Positions 1 to 10,340 of a stretch of DNA of 64,000 bases are shown one piece after another. Positions within the stretch are counted from its first letter, which is position 1. Each line of letters opens with the position of its first letter. The notes below the pieces were generated by a model. It made no database searches. It saw only the letters and a program-made list of their open reading frames with translations, and was not told where the DNA came from. Origin of the DNA: an uncultured Ignavibacteria bacterium (lineage in GTDB: Bacteria > Zixibacteria > MSB-5A5 > CAIYYT01); NCBI GenBank assembly GCA_964576925.1, contig CAZNWJ010000010.1, positions 69,736 through 133,735 of the forward strand. The letters are read 5' to 3'. Both the position numbers and the translations under genes were made by a program.

Positions 1-2269
1 CGTCGGTATCGGAGCAGTCCTCGCGATTGCCGCCTGGCTTCGTTTTGAAACCGGTTACGACAGTTTCCACAGCAAGGCTGGACGGCTTTATCGCATCTAT
101 AATGTACAGGAGTATTCTTCCGGCAATCTCGATGTCGCTGTTACGCCTTTTCCGCTTGGCCCGGCCTTGTCGCGGGAATTTCCCGAAGTAGAAGCATCAT
201 TGCGCCTGTGGTATGGGCCCGGCATTGTGCTCAGCCGCGGCGCGACACGTGCCTTCGAAGCCGGGTTGATTTATGCCGACAGCAACTTCTTCGAGCTCTT
301 TGACTATCCGCTGGTCGCCGGTGACGCCGCGACTGCGCTCAATCGCAAGTCATCCGTCGTTATCTCCACAACGCTTGCGGAGAAATACTTTGGCGATGAG
401 GATCCGGTCGGAAAGACCTTGCAGGTCAACAATCAAAGTGACCTCGTCGTTACCGGCGTCATGACCCCACTGCCTTCCAATAGCCACCTCTCGACATCGC
501 TGGTGATCTCGCTGCCGACAGTCAGCGATGACTGGTCGGAGCAGCGCCGCGAAAGCTGGGGTTCCAATGCCTACTCAACCTATGTCCTGCTCCGGCCCGG
601 ATCCGATTTTGCTCATTTTGCTGGTCGGCTCGAGTCGGCGCTCAAACAATTTCGCCGGAATGACACCACAACCCGGCTCTACGCGCAATCCGTGTCCGAA
701 ATTCATCTCGGTCCCGCGTTGGTTGCCGACAATGCCAATGTCTCGGATCCCCGCCGGCTCTGGTTGTTTGCCACCGTCGCCGTTATGATTCTCCTTATCG
801 CGTGTATCAACTATGTCAATCTGGCTACGGCCCGTGCCGGATTGCGACTGCGTGAATTCGGCGTCCGAAGCTGCCTGGGCGCCGCCTTGGGGCAGATTCG
901 CCGCCAGATCGTCTGGGAGGCGCTGATCGCATCGGCCGGTGCTATCCTCATTGCGCTCGCATTGATCGAACTGGCCTTTCCGATCCTTCGCGACATTCTC
1001 AATCCAGACCTGCCGCGCGAGGCACTGCGCGATCCCTTTGTGCTCGTCATCATGCCGTTGGTGTGGCTCCTGACCGGCGCGGCCGCGGGCATCGTTCCCG
1101 CCTTCACGCTGGCGCGTCACTCACCCTCCAGGATGCTTCGCGATCATCGCCAGAGTGGCCGGCAGGTAAGGCGGGTCCTGGTAATCCTCCAGTTCGGCGC
1201 ATCAGTCGTCCTCATCGTTTTTACCGCCGTCATCTTCCGCCAACAAGAGTTCATGCTTGCGACGGCCCTGAGCACGCAAGCTGAACAACTCCTCGTGATT
1301 CCCTTGCGGGGCGAGGAAGCGCGCCAGCACTACGAGACTCTCCAACAGCAATTGTCGCAGCTTCGAGATGTCAATAATGCGACTGCCGTCGCGCAACTTC
1401 CTCACCAGATCGTCTGGTCATCGACCTACAATTGGGAAGGGCAGAATCCCGGGGAAGAGATTCTCTTCAACACCAATAACGTCGACGCGCAGTTTCTCCA
1501 GACTTTCAATCTCTCGCTGACCGCAGGTCGCAATTTCCGACCCGGCGAAGATGCTGTCTGCCTGATCAACGAGACCGCCCGCAAACGCATTGGTTGGGAC
1601 GATGCGGTAGGGAAGACGATGTTCCTTGAAGATAGCCTCCCTGCCACGGTGGTTGGTGTCGTGCAGGATTTCCATTTCTCGTCTTTCCGGGACGCCATTG
1701 CTCCGCTCGTGTTGCTTCCGCAAAACGGCGGCTACGCCAATCTTGTGCTGCGACTCGCCGGCTCCGATCTTCCGAAAACCCTTGCTGCCATCGAATCGAC
1801 CGCCGACCGCGTTTTGCCGAACACGCCGTATCGTTCGTTCTTCTTGGATCAGGCCTTCGATCGTCTCTATGCGCAGGAAATTCGCATGCAAAAGACAATC
1901 GCCGTCTTTGCGATTCTGGCTATCACCCTGGCTTGCCTCGGCCTCTTCGGCTTGGCCTCTTTCAGTATTGAACGCCGCACCAAGGAAGTCGGAATCCGAA
2001 GAGTCATGGGTGCCTCTACCTTGAGCTTGATTCGTTTGCACGTTCGGGAGTACGTCAACTGGCTATTGCTTGCCAACCTCATCGCCTGGCCCGTGGCTTT
2101 GTTCCTCAGCCGAAACTGGCTGGCCGGATTCGCCTATCGTACATCCACCCCCTGGTGGTTGTTTGTCTGCGCCGGCCTCGCTACACTCGTGCTCGCGCTT
2201 GCCACCGTGATTATCCAGACTACTCGTGCAGCGACCGCCAACCCTGTCCAATCACTGCGCTATGAATAA
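1..2269 (+). CDS. FtsX/MacB-type ABC transporter permease, 5'-truncated at window edge (reading frame open from nt 2; C-terminus ...NPVQSLRYE)
   Basis: Frame of ORF 167..2269 stays open back to the window start. Upstream translation (…AWLRFETGYDSF…) aligns with the N-terminal region of the paralog at 2288..4666. Duplicated FtsX architecture; conserved C-terminal 'ANPV.SLRYE'. Confidence 0.8.
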   Translation, partial: VGIGAVLAIAAWLRFETGYDSFHSKAGRLYRIYNVQEYSSGNLDVAVTPFPLGPALSREFPEVEASLRLWYGPGIVLSRGATRAFEAGLIYADSNFFELFDYPLVAGDAATALNRKSSVVISTTLAEKYFGDEDPVGKTLQVNNQSDLVVTGVMTPLPSNSHLSTSLVISLPTVSDDWSEQRRESWGSNAYSTYVLLRPGSDFAHFAGRLESALKQFRRNDTTTRLYAQSVSEIHLGPALVADNANVSDPRRLWLFATVAVMILLIACINYVNLATARAGLRLREFGVRSCLGAALGQIRRQIVWEALIASAGAILIALALIELAFPILRDILNPDLPREALRDPFVLVIMPLVWLLTGAAAGIVPAFTLARHSPSRMLRDHRQSGRQVRRVLVILQFGASVVLIVFTAVIFRQQEFMLATALSTQAEQLLVIPLRGEEARQHYETLQQQLSQLRDVNNATAVAQLPHQIVWSSTYNWEGQNPGEEILFNTNNVDAQFLQTFNLSLTAGRNFRPGEDAVCLINETARKRIGWDDAVGKTMFLEDSLPATVVGVVQDFHFSSFRDAIAPLVLLPQNGGYANLVLRLAGSDLPKTLAAIESTADRVLPNTPYRSFFLDQAFDRLYAQEIRMQKTIAVFAILAITLACLGLFGLASFSIERRTKEVGIRRVMGASTLSLIRLHVREYVNWLLLANLIAWPVALFLSRNWLAGFAYRTSTPWWLFVCAGLATLVLALATVIIQTTRAATANPVQSLRYE

Positions 2270-2287
2270 CCTTGAGGAGGATGCCCG

Positions 2288-4666
2288 ATGATGAAACACT
2301 ATCTGATGGTCGCTTGGCGCCAGTTCGCGCGGCAGCGGGCTTACTCCGTCCTCACGATCTTGGGGCTGGGTCTGGGTCTCGCCTGCTTCCTGGTCACGAC
2401 AAGTTGGCTCCGCTTTGAAACGAGCTACGATCGTGATTGGCCCAACGGCAATCGGATCGTGCGCATCATCGGCAAGCTGGGCTTTGCTGCCGGCGATTTC
2501 CATATCGCTCCGTTGCCCTTCAATCTTGCCCCTATCTTGGCTGCCGAGTTCCCCGAACTTGAACAGATCGCCCGCGTTCAGGCGCCGGCGTCGCTGTTGT
2601 TCGCGGTCGGCGAGCAGCGTTTCTATGAATCATCTGTATACTATGCCGACTCGAATATTTTCGAGGTCTTCGCTTTGCCGCTTCAACGGGGCGATCCCGC
2701 CACGGTTCTTCGGGGTCCGGACAAGGTCGTTTTAAGTGACGTCGTCGCCCGGCGCTACTTCGGCGATGAAGATCCGCTTGGGAAGTCCATTCGTCTCGAC
2801 AATCGTGTTGATCTGACCGTCTCCGGCATCCTCGAGCCATTACCGCAGAACCTGAGCTTTCGCCCTGAAATCGTCGTCACCATGTCCACCCATGCGGCGA
2901 CGGCCGCCGGCACCTATCTGCACGATTGGCGCACCAATGCCTATCATACGTTTGCGTTGTTGCGCAGCTCAACCGCCCCGATTGCTGCCGACGCCCGATT
3001 TGTCGACATTCTTCAGCGCTTTCGCCCCGACGGCACGCCCCCGCAGCTGCAGTTACAGCCGATACGTGAGTTACACCTGACCCCGAATCTTCAAAGTGAC
3101 TTCGGTATCCGTCGCGCTCCGGCCCTGTTGTGGATGTTTGGCATTACCGCGCTCTTCGTTCTGATCATCGCCTGCGTCAACTATACCAATCTCGCCACTG
3201 CCCGCGCGCTCAATCGTGACCGTGAAATCGGCGTCCGCAAGGTGCTCGGTGCCGGCCGCCCGCGATTAATTGCGCAGTTCCTCGGAGAGTCTCTCCTGAC
3301 CGCCGGTGTGGCAACTGCCTTTTCCCTTGTAGTCGCCGAGTTGCTCATGATCGCCGCCAATCGCTGGCTTGATAGCCCCGTCGAACGCTTCTATGCCCTT
3401 GATCTTCCAACCCTCGGCATTATTGTGGCGGTCTGGCTGTTGGTCGGTCTTGGAGCCGGCTTATATCCCGCGCTCTGGCTCTCCGCGCTGCGGCCGGCAA
3501 TAACGATACGCCGCGATCACGGTTCCGCCTCCCTGGCATCAGTGTTGCGAAGCGGCCTCGTCATAGTTCAATTCATCGCCTCAATCGTTCTGATCATCTC
3601 GACCTTGACTGTCTATCGCCAACTCGAATATTTCAACTCTCGCGACCTCGGATACAACCGCAGCCAGATCATTACCGTCCCGCTCGCCGGTCAGGAACTA
3701 AAGGACCTCGTCCCGGCGCTCAAGGCAGCCCTCGCCTCGCACTCGGCTGTGCAGTCGATTACGGCAATCGGATCGCTTCCCAGCTCGGCGCAACAGTCCT
3801 CTGCTTCGTTCAATTGGGAGGGTGGGCCTCCCGATCAACAATTGCTCTTCAATCTCAATGTCGTCGACGAAGACTATCTGGCGACCTTCGGTATCCAGCT
3901 CGTGGCCGGAAGAAATTTCGATCCGACTCAGGCTGTCTCGGAAAACTCGCTGCCTTGCCTTATCAACGAAACCGCGGCAACGCGGCTGGGCTGGACTGAC
4001 CCCGTCGGTCGCAACATCATCCAGCCGCCCGATCTCAAAATAAATGTTATCGGCGTCATGAAAGACTACAACTACGCTTCGCTGCACTTGCCGATTCGCC
4101 CGCTGATGTTGTTCATGGATCCAACCCGTCCAACCAATCTGGCAATCAAGGTTGCCTCGAGCGATCTCAATACGACCCTGGGGGAATTGCAGCAGCTCTG
4201 GAGCGGAGTGGCGCCGTCGCGCCCGTTCAACTATTCCTTTCTCGACGATTCCTTCGCAGCGACCTATCAGGCCGAGCAGACCGCAGGAAGTATCCTTCTC
4301 ATATACACGATCCTGGCGGTCCTCATCGCATCTCTCGGTCTGATCAGCTTAACATCGTATCGGATCGCCCGACGCACGAAAGAAACCGGTATCCGCAAAG
4401 TCCTTGGGGCCTCCGTTGGATCATTGATTTCTTTGCACTTGCGGGAGTTTGTCGTCGGCATCGTGATCGCCGGCATCATCGCGGCCCCCATCGGATACTT
4501 CGCCATGCAGACCTGGCTCAGCAACTTCGCCTTTCGCGTAGATATCGTCTGGTGGACATTTGTGCTCGCAGGGCTCGGGGCGCTCATTGCAGCCATTCTC
4601 ACTGTCCTGATACAGACAACCAAAGCGGCGACAGCTAACCCCGTGCACTCGCTGCGCTACGAATAG
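2288..4666 (+). CDS. FtsX/MacB-type ABC transporter permease (792 aa, duplicated FtsX topology)
   Basis: GAGGAGG RBS at 2274-2280. Paralog of the flanking permeases: N-terminal TM, large periplasmic domain, FtsX TM bundle twice; ends ATANPVHSLRYE. Confidence 0.85.
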   Translation: MMKHYLMVAWRQFARQRAYSVLTILGLGLGLACFLVTTSWLRFETSYDRDWPNGNRIVRIIGKLGFAAGDFHIAPLPFNLAPILAAEFPELEQIARVQAPASLLFAVGEQRFYESSVYYADSNIFEVFALPLQRGDPATVLRGPDKVVLSDVVARRYFGDEDPLGKSIRLDNRVDLTVSGILEPLPQNLSFRPEIVVTMSTHAATAAGTYLHDWRTNAYHTFALLRSSTAPIAADARFVDILQRFRPDGTPPQLQLQPIRELHLTPNLQSDFGIRRAPALLWMFGITALFVLIIACVNYTNLATARALNRDREIGVRKVLGAGRPRLIAQFLGESLLTAGVATAFSLVVAELLMIAANRWLDSPVERFYALDLPTLGIIVAVWLLVGLGAGLYPALWLSALRPAITIRRDHGSASLASVLRSGLVIVQFIASIVLIISTLTVYRQLEYFNSRDLGYNRSQIITVPLAGQELKDLVPALKAALASHSAVQSITAIGSLPSSAQQSSASFNWEGGPPDQQLLFNLNVVDEDYLATFGIQLVAGRNFDPTQAVSENSLPCLINETAATRLGWTDPVGRNIIQPPDLKINVIGVMKDYNYASLHLPIRPLMLFMDPTRPTNLAIKVASSDLNTTLGELQQLWSGVAPSRPFNYSFLDDSFAATYQAEQTAGSILLIYTILAVLIASLGLISLTSYRIARRTKETGIRKVLGASVGSLISLHLREFVVGIVIAGIIAAPIGYFAMQTWLSNFAFRVDIVWWTFVLAGLGALIAAILTVLIQTTKAATANPVHSLRYE

Positions 4667-4674
4667 GAGGCCTT

Positions 4675-5406
4675 GTGGACAAGAATCTTGATCGGACGAC
4701 CGCGCCCGTAGCGACGTCTCTCAGAACGCACACTGACACCGTAATCGAACTCCGGCATGCCTCGCGCTGGTACCCGTCCGGTTCTGGCCGCACCTACGTC
4801 CTTCAGGATGTCTCGGCATCAGTGGCGCGCGGGGAATTCGTTTCCATCATGGGACCCTCCGGAGCCGGCAAATCTACGCTCCTGCATATCCTCGGCCTGC
4901 TCGATTCACCTTCCGATGGCCAGCTGATTTTCCTCGGCCGGGATGTCACCGGTTTGAAAGAAAAGCAGCGCGCGGAGCTCTACAAACAGCACATCGGCTT
5001 CGTCTTCCAAAGCTACCACCTGATCGATGAATTGACCGTCTACGAAAATCTCGAAACGCCGTTGCTCTACCAGGATGTCCCTGCGTCCGAACGCAAAGCC
5101 CGGGTCGCCGAATCACTCGATCGCTTCAATATCGTGGGGAAGAAAGACCTTTTCCCGACCCAACTTTCCGGCGGCCAACAACAGATCGTCGGTATTGCGC
5201 GCGCCGTCATCAGCAATCCCGACATCATTCTTGCCGATGAACCTACGGGAAACCTCAATTCGGCGCAAGGTGAAGAAATCATGGAACTGTTCACCAGGCT
5301 CAACCGCGCCGGAACGACAATTGTGCAGGTAACGCACTCCGAAAAAAATGCTGCTTATGGCTCGCGCATTATCGCCTTGCTCGACGGGCGCGTGGTGAAG
5401 TCATGA
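4675..5406 (+). CDS. ABC transporter ATP-binding protein (MacB/LolD-type ATPase)
   Basis: Walker A GPSGAGKST, ABC signature LSGGQQQ, Walker B ILADEPTGNLN; H-loop present (QVTHS). AGGAGG RBS upstream; GTG start. Stop overlaps the next gene's start (ATGA). Confidence 0.9.
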   Translation: MDKNLDRTTAPVATSLRTHTDTVIELRHASRWYPSGSGRTYVLQDVSASVARGEFVSIMGPSGAGKSTLLHILGLLDSPSDGQLIFLGRDVTGLKEKQRAELYKQHIGFVFQSYHLIDELTVYENLETPLLYQDVPASERKARVAESLDRFNIVGKKDLFPTQLSGGQQQIVGIARAVISNPDIILADEPTGNLNSAQGEEIMELFTRLNRAGTTIVQVTHSEKNAAYGSRIIALLDGRVVKS

Positions 5407-7781
5407 TCCGGCACTTCCTTGTCGTCGCTGCCCGCAATTCTCGCAAACACCCAGGCTACGCGCTGATTCACCTTTTCGGACTCGCCTGCGGTTTTGCCGC
5501 CGCCCTGCTGATTTTCCAGTTCATTCAGAACGAGCTCTCTTATGATCGTTTTCATTCAAGAGCTGACTACATCGCCGGCACGATTGCCTACCGCGATCAC
5601 GGTGACGGCCAACTGCTGCCAATCGTCCACATGCCGTTGCCGTTGGGGCCGGCGATTGTCGAGGAGAATCCGGCGGCGCGCAACTTCGTCCGTATCAGCG
5701 GAGCCGATCAAGTGCACGTTATCGCGGGGAATGTCCAAGCCGTCGAGTACATCACCTTTGCCGATCCGGCTCTCTTCACCATCTTCAACTTCCCGTTGCT
5801 CGAAGGCACGACGGACAGATTGTTTGCCTCGCCCACGGAAGTCGTTCTCACCGAATCTTATGCCCGCAAATACTTCGGGCGCCTCGACGTCATCGGCGAG
5901 TCCTTGGTGATGTTCTTCTACGGCGAGCGTCGTTCATTTACTATTGCCGCTGTCGCCGCCGATGTCCCGGCCACTTCAACCATCCAGTTTACAATCGTTG
6001 TGCCCATGACTGCCGTCTTCCGCTTCGAACAAGCATCTACGCGATGGAACTGGTGGCGCGTTCGCACATTTGTCGAGTTCGACCGGCCACTGGCGGAACT
6101 CGACACGACCCGGCTCACCGGGATCATCGAGCGCCACTGGACTGATCGCCAGAGCGCTTCACCTATGCCGCTGTCGTTGCGTCCCCTCAAGGAACTTCAT
6201 CTCGATCCAGCCGCCGGGGGCACCGATCCTCGAAGTTCCTACATCCTCGGCGCGATCGCGCTGGCTATTCTTCTGATCGCGGGAATCAACTATGTCACTC
6301 TGGGAATCGCGCGCGGCGCTGCCCGGGGCAGGGAAGTCGCCGTCCGCAAGCTCTTCGGCGCTGCCCGTCGTCAACTCCTCGGACAGTTTCTGGCCGAGTC
6401 GCTTCTACTCGCGCTCGCCGCTTTGATCCTCGGCGCTGCACTCGCTGAAGTCTCGCTTCCCGCGTTCGGCGAGTTTGTCGGCCGCACGCTCCAGTCGTCG
6501 GGCCACTCCACCTCTCTTCTGATCGTCTTCGGCCTTGCGATCGCCCTTTTCACTGGCCTTGGCGCGGGCCTCGCGCCCGCCTTGTTATTGTCGCGTCCGC
6601 AACCGGCGGCGATGTTTCGCCGCGCCGTCACTGTCGCGCGCTCGGGGATCGTTATGCGCGGTATGATCGTCGTGCAACTTGGCCTGTCGCTCTTTCTGGT
6701 CGCTGCTACAATTGTAATGCACCAGCAAAGCCGCCATCTGAGTTCTAGGCCGCTGGGCTACTCGCCTCAGGCCGTCATGGTGGTCCAACGCCCGCCTGAC
6801 AACAGCATCTCGGACATCGACTTTCTGCAGCGCCTTCGTCATGAGCTCTCCGGCGCCCCCGGTATTGTCAGTATCTCCGCCACCTCCGCATCATTCAATC
6901 GCGGCTACGACGCCACCGGCTGGACCTCCGACAACAAACACTTCACGGCCTATCTCTACCGCGTTGATCCCGCCTATATCTCAACACTCAACATGACCCT
7001 TGTGGCCGGGCGCGATTTCGCTGCTGATCCCGCCGCCGATGTCGCCAATCCCATCATTGTGAACGAGTCGCTATTGAAGGAACTCGGCCCGCGCTACTCC
7101 GTCGGCTCAACGATTCCGGCTCTCGACACCACCTTTGAACAATTCGGCACTCCGACTATCGTCGGCGTTGTCAAAGACTACCACTTCCTCTCGCTCCACG
7201 AACAGATCGGACCGGCCGTGCTGTTCACGAAAGAGCTTTATCCCTATTTCCAGTTACTGGTGCGCATTGATGAGTCAAACATCTCCGTAGCCACCGCTGC
7301 AGTGGAACGCGCCTACGAGAAGGCTACCAACGGACTAAAGTGCGAATGGAGCTTCCTCGAAGACGATCTCGCGCAGCAGTATCAAGCCGAGCGCCGCTGG
7401 TCCAGGATCATAACGAGCTCTGCTGTCTTTGCCGTCGGGATTGCCGCGCTCGGCATCTTCGGCCTTGCAGGTATTACCGCCGTTCGCCGCAGCCGCGAAG
7501 TCGGCATTCGCAAAGTGCTCGGCGCCTCCATCCCACAGGTACTCGCCACAATCAACCGCGAGTATGTAATACTTGTTCTCGTCGCTAACCTGATCGTATT
7601 ACCGCTGGCGTGGTATGCAGCCCGCCGCTGGCTGGAGAACTTCGCTTACCACATCGACCTGTCTGCGGGAAGTTTTCTTCTGGCGGCCGCCTTAACCTCC
7701 GCCGTGGCCCTGACAGCTGTCAGCATGCACACCCTGCGCGCTGTTCTCGACTCGCCCGCCAAAGTGCTGCGACAAGATTAG
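5403..7781 (+). CDS. FtsX/MacB-type ABC transporter permease (792 aa)
   Basis: 4-nt overlap with the ATPase gene (translational coupling); duplicated FtsX topology; paralog of the two upstream permeases. Confidence 0.8.
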   Translation: MIRHFLVVAARNSRKHPGYALIHLFGLACGFAAALLIFQFIQNELSYDRFHSRADYIAGTIAYRDHGDGQLLPIVHMPLPLGPAIVEENPAARNFVRISGADQVHVIAGNVQAVEYITFADPALFTIFNFPLLEGTTDRLFASPTEVVLTESYARKYFGRLDVIGESLVMFFYGERRSFTIAAVAADVPATSTIQFTIVVPMTAVFRFEQASTRWNWWRVRTFVEFDRPLAELDTTRLTGIIERHWTDRQSASPMPLSLRPLKELHLDPAAGGTDPRSSYILGAIALAILLIAGINYVTLGIARGAARGREVAVRKLFGAARRQLLGQFLAESLLLALAALILGAALAEVSLPAFGEFVGRTLQSSGHSTSLLIVFGLAIALFTGLGAGLAPALLLSRPQPAAMFRRAVTVARSGIVMRGMIVVQLGLSLFLVAATIVMHQQSRHLSSRPLGYSPQAVMVVQRPPDNSISDIDFLQRLRHELSGAPGIVSISATSASFNRGYDATGWTSDNKHFTAYLYRVDPAYISTLNMTLVAGRDFAADPAADVANPIIVNESLLKELGPRYSVGSTIPALDTTFEQFGTPTIVGVVKDYHFLSLHEQIGPAVLFTKELYPYFQLLVRIDESNISVATAAVERAYEKATNGLKCEWSFLEDDLAQQYQAERRWSRIITSSAVFAVGIAALGIFGLAGITAVRRSREVGIRKVLGASIPQVLATINREYVILVLVANLIVLPLAWYAARRWLENFAYHIDLSAGSFLLAAALTSAVALTAVSMHTLRAVLDSPAKVLRQD

Positions 7782-7796
7782 CCCACAAAAAAACAA

Positions 7797-7817
7797 GCCG
7801 GAAGCAGCTCGCTTCCG
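7797..7817. terminator. Bidirectional intrinsic terminator between convergent genes (GC stem cggaagc/gcttccg, A-run upstream giving a U-run on the - strand)
   Basis: Inverted repeat read directly. On the - strand it is followed by a T-run (complement of 7785-7793), so it is strongest for the peptidase gene. Confidence 0.4.
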
Positions 7818-7853
7818 ACTCGTTTGTCATTTGGACTATAACACTCGAATTGA

Positions 7854-10100
7854 CTAACAGGGCGCTGGACCACCCGAGAAGATATAGCTGATTAAGTACA
7901 CCGCATCCGAAACCGTGATGATTCCGCTACAATCTGCATCACCGGCAAACAGCGGGCTGGGTGCCGGTCCGCCGCTGAAGATGTAGCCAATCAGATAAAC
8001 GGCATCGGAGATGTTCACCATGCCGTTGCCGTCCGCATCGCCTTTGACAAAGCTCTGCGGCTCAATCCGGATTTCGAAGTCCTTGGTGTCCGAGCCGCCG
8101 CTCACTCCGGTCGCTCGAATTGAGACCAAGAAGTTCCCCGAATCGCTCGGTGTACCGCTGATGATCCCGGTCGATGAACTCAATACAAGTCCGGTCGGAA
8201 GGCTTCCGCCCGCGATCTGGAACGTATACGGCTTGGTCCCGCCACGCACGATTACCGAGTCGCTGTAACTCACATTTTGTCCACCGGCCCGCAGGGTATC
8301 GTAGATGATATGCACCGCGTAGGCTTCCGTGCTTGTCGTCTTCAAAATCCAGTCATTGCGATCAATACTCACCGACGTAGGCGCAGAGCCGGTGACTTCA
8401 AATATGTAGTCCTGGTCGCGCTGCGTGTTGGGAACGCTGAAATCGTGATACGTACCGTTGTATACCGAGATATCGACACTCGGCATATCGAACACCAGGG
8501 GAGTCGTCGTCTGGAACTGCCTGATATGTACGTACACGCGGTACACGCCCGGACTGACTTGGTCATAAGTGTACGACACGGCATAGCGCGGATAGTACGT
8601 CCCGTAGATCCAGTCTTCGAAGAACGGATGCAGATCCATTCCTGTCACTTCTTCGCACAAATCGCGGAACCCCTCGGTTGTTACATCTTTCCACTTGAAG
8701 CGCGGATCGTCGTAGTAGGCCGCCAAGATATCAAAGAAATTCTCGTCGCCCACTACGCCGCGAAGCATGTGCAGCGCCCAGGCGCCTTTGTCGTAAACAC
8801 GCGAACTAAAGATCGCCCACACATCGGTCGTGTCGACGCAGTAAATCGATCCTCCCGAAGTGTAGCGCATACCGTTCATGTAATCGCGCAGCGCTGCGAA
8901 TCCACCGGTCGATTCAAACCACAACGCTTCAGTATACGAGGCAAAGCCCTCGTTCATCCAAATATGATGCCAGTCGCGGCAGGTAATCATATCCCCATAC
9001 CACTGGTGTCCCATTTCGTGGACGATGATCGATTGGTACATGGCGCTGCTGACAATCGACGTGTTTGTCTGGTGCTCCATTGCGCCGCCCCAGTTGAACA
9101 TCGACATCCCGTACTTTTCGTTAACAAACGGATAGAGCCCGAACAGGCGCGACAGCGTATCGAGCATCGGCACCGTCGGCGCGTAACCTGATTGCGCCGC
9201 TGCCAATTGCGACGGATACACCCAGAAATCCACCGGCATCGAATCAGTCGGCGTGTATTTGAACCAGTCGCGCCACGTCGAGTAATTCGACATCGCCAGG
9301 CTGATCAAATATGTGGCGATCGGGTAGCGCACCTTCCAGTAGGTCTCGCGCGTGCCGTTCCCCAGGTCGAGATTCCCGATCAACTTGCCGTTCGAACTGC
9401 AGAACAAATTGCTGGGATAGGTGATGATGATATCAACCGAATCCGCCTTGTCGTCCGGGTGATCCTTGCACGGCCACCAGGTGCGCGCCAGGTACGGCTC
9501 CGACAAGGACGAGATCACCGGATTGCCTCCGTAAGTCTCGAACGAGAAGGCTTGGAATCCGCCCTCGATCGGATGGCCGTTGTAGTAGGTCGAGACCGTA
9601 AAGACTTCGCCGCTGTCCTTTTGAACCGGCAGATTCACCGTCACGACATTCCCGTTTCGCGTATAGGTCGCCGGGGCGCCGTCGACGCGAATCGAATCAA
9701 TAATCATATTTGAGAACAGATCGATCTCGCAAAAGGTTACGCTGTCCTGGGTTGTCGTTGAAGTCATGTCAACCCCTGCGGTAATGATCTCCGTCGTGAT
9801 ATTGACGTTCATGTCAATGCGGTAGAAATTCACATCATATTGATATTGCGTCGGTATTGCCCCTCGCACAGCCGATTCCGCTTGTGCTTGGCGGACAGCC
9901 TCTAATCGCCTTGCCTTCGCGATTCGTTCCAAGTCGTGGGCTTCTCGAGATTCTCTAATCGCCTGTTCGATCGGAATCACCTCAAACTCATGCGCCATGA
10001 TAACGGCGGTGCCGACAATCGTCAGCAGCAGAACTAAGAGTGTGAAATACTTTAGAAATCTCAACGGTGCGGGCACGAAGTCCTCCTCTGTTGATGGCAC
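7854..10100 (-). CDS. Secreted/anchored M1-family zinc aminopeptidase with He_PIG-type Ig domain and C-terminal tandem dockerin-like module
   Basis: GAMEH(Q) exopeptidase motif; HEMGHQWYGD…WMNEGFASY (HExxH-X18-E). N-terminal hydrophobic anchor/signal. C-terminus is two repeats of D-x-D-x-N/S-G-x-x-x-I-S-D-AVYLI.YIFSGGPAP (dockerin type-I-like Ca loop plus helix). Confidence 0.85.
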   Translation of the reverse strand: MPSTEEDFVPAPLRFLKYFTLLVLLLTIVGTAVIMAHEFEVIPIEQAIRESREAHDLERIAKARRLEAVRQAQAESAVRGAIPTQYQYDVNFYRIDMNVNITTEIITAGVDMTSTTTQDSVTFCEIDLFSNMIIDSIRVDGAPATYTRNGNVVTVNLPVQKDSGEVFTVSTYYNGHPIEGGFQAFSFETYGGNPVISSLSEPYLARTWWPCKDHPDDKADSVDIIITYPSNLFCSSNGKLIGNLDLGNGTRETYWKVRYPIATYLISLAMSNYSTWRDWFKYTPTDSMPVDFWVYPSQLAAAQSGYAPTVPMLDTLSRLFGLYPFVNEKYGMSMFNWGGAMEHQTNTSIVSSAMYQSIIVHEMGHQWYGDMITCRDWHHIWMNEGFASYTEALWFESTGGFAALRDYMNGMRYTSGGSIYCVDTTDVWAIFSSRVYDKGAWALHMLRGVVGDENFFDILAAYYDDPRFKWKDVTTEGFRDLCEEVTGMDLHPFFEDWIYGTYYPRYAVSYTYDQVSPGVYRVYVHIRQFQTTTPLVFDMPSVDISVYNGTYHDFSVPNTQRDQDYIFEVTGSAPTSVSIDRNDWILKTTSTEAYAVHIIYDTLRAGGQNVSYSDSVIVRGGTKPYTFQIAGGSLPTGLVLSSSTGIISGTPSDSGNFLVSIRATGVSGGSDTKDFEIRIEPQSFVKGDADGNGMVNISDAVYLIGYIFSGGPAPSPLFAGDADCSGIITVSDAVYLISYIFSGGPAPC

Positions 10101-10340
10101 CGGGCCGGTCGCGGGGCAGGCTCAATGCGCAGGGTGACCAAAGTTGGTGACGAGGCTAAACTCACGCCTGGGCTTTTGACAGGAGTAGATCAGTCGTCGC
10201 AAGCTCGTCCACTTCTGGTGCGACGAATTTAGACCAATATACCCATTCTTGATTTTTAGTCAATAGTCGTTGTGTTGGCGCGTATGGTGTTGTCTTGTAA
10301 ATAGTTACAAAGAAGACAAATATTGTGGACAGATAGGAAA

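Noticed and set aside
8277-9713. Long + strand ORFs (304 aa, 173 aa) inside the M1 peptidase gene region
   Set aside because: They are antisense to a well-supported conserved peptidase gene. Their Arg/Ala/Pro-rich, low-complexity composition is typical of spurious high-GC antisense frames.
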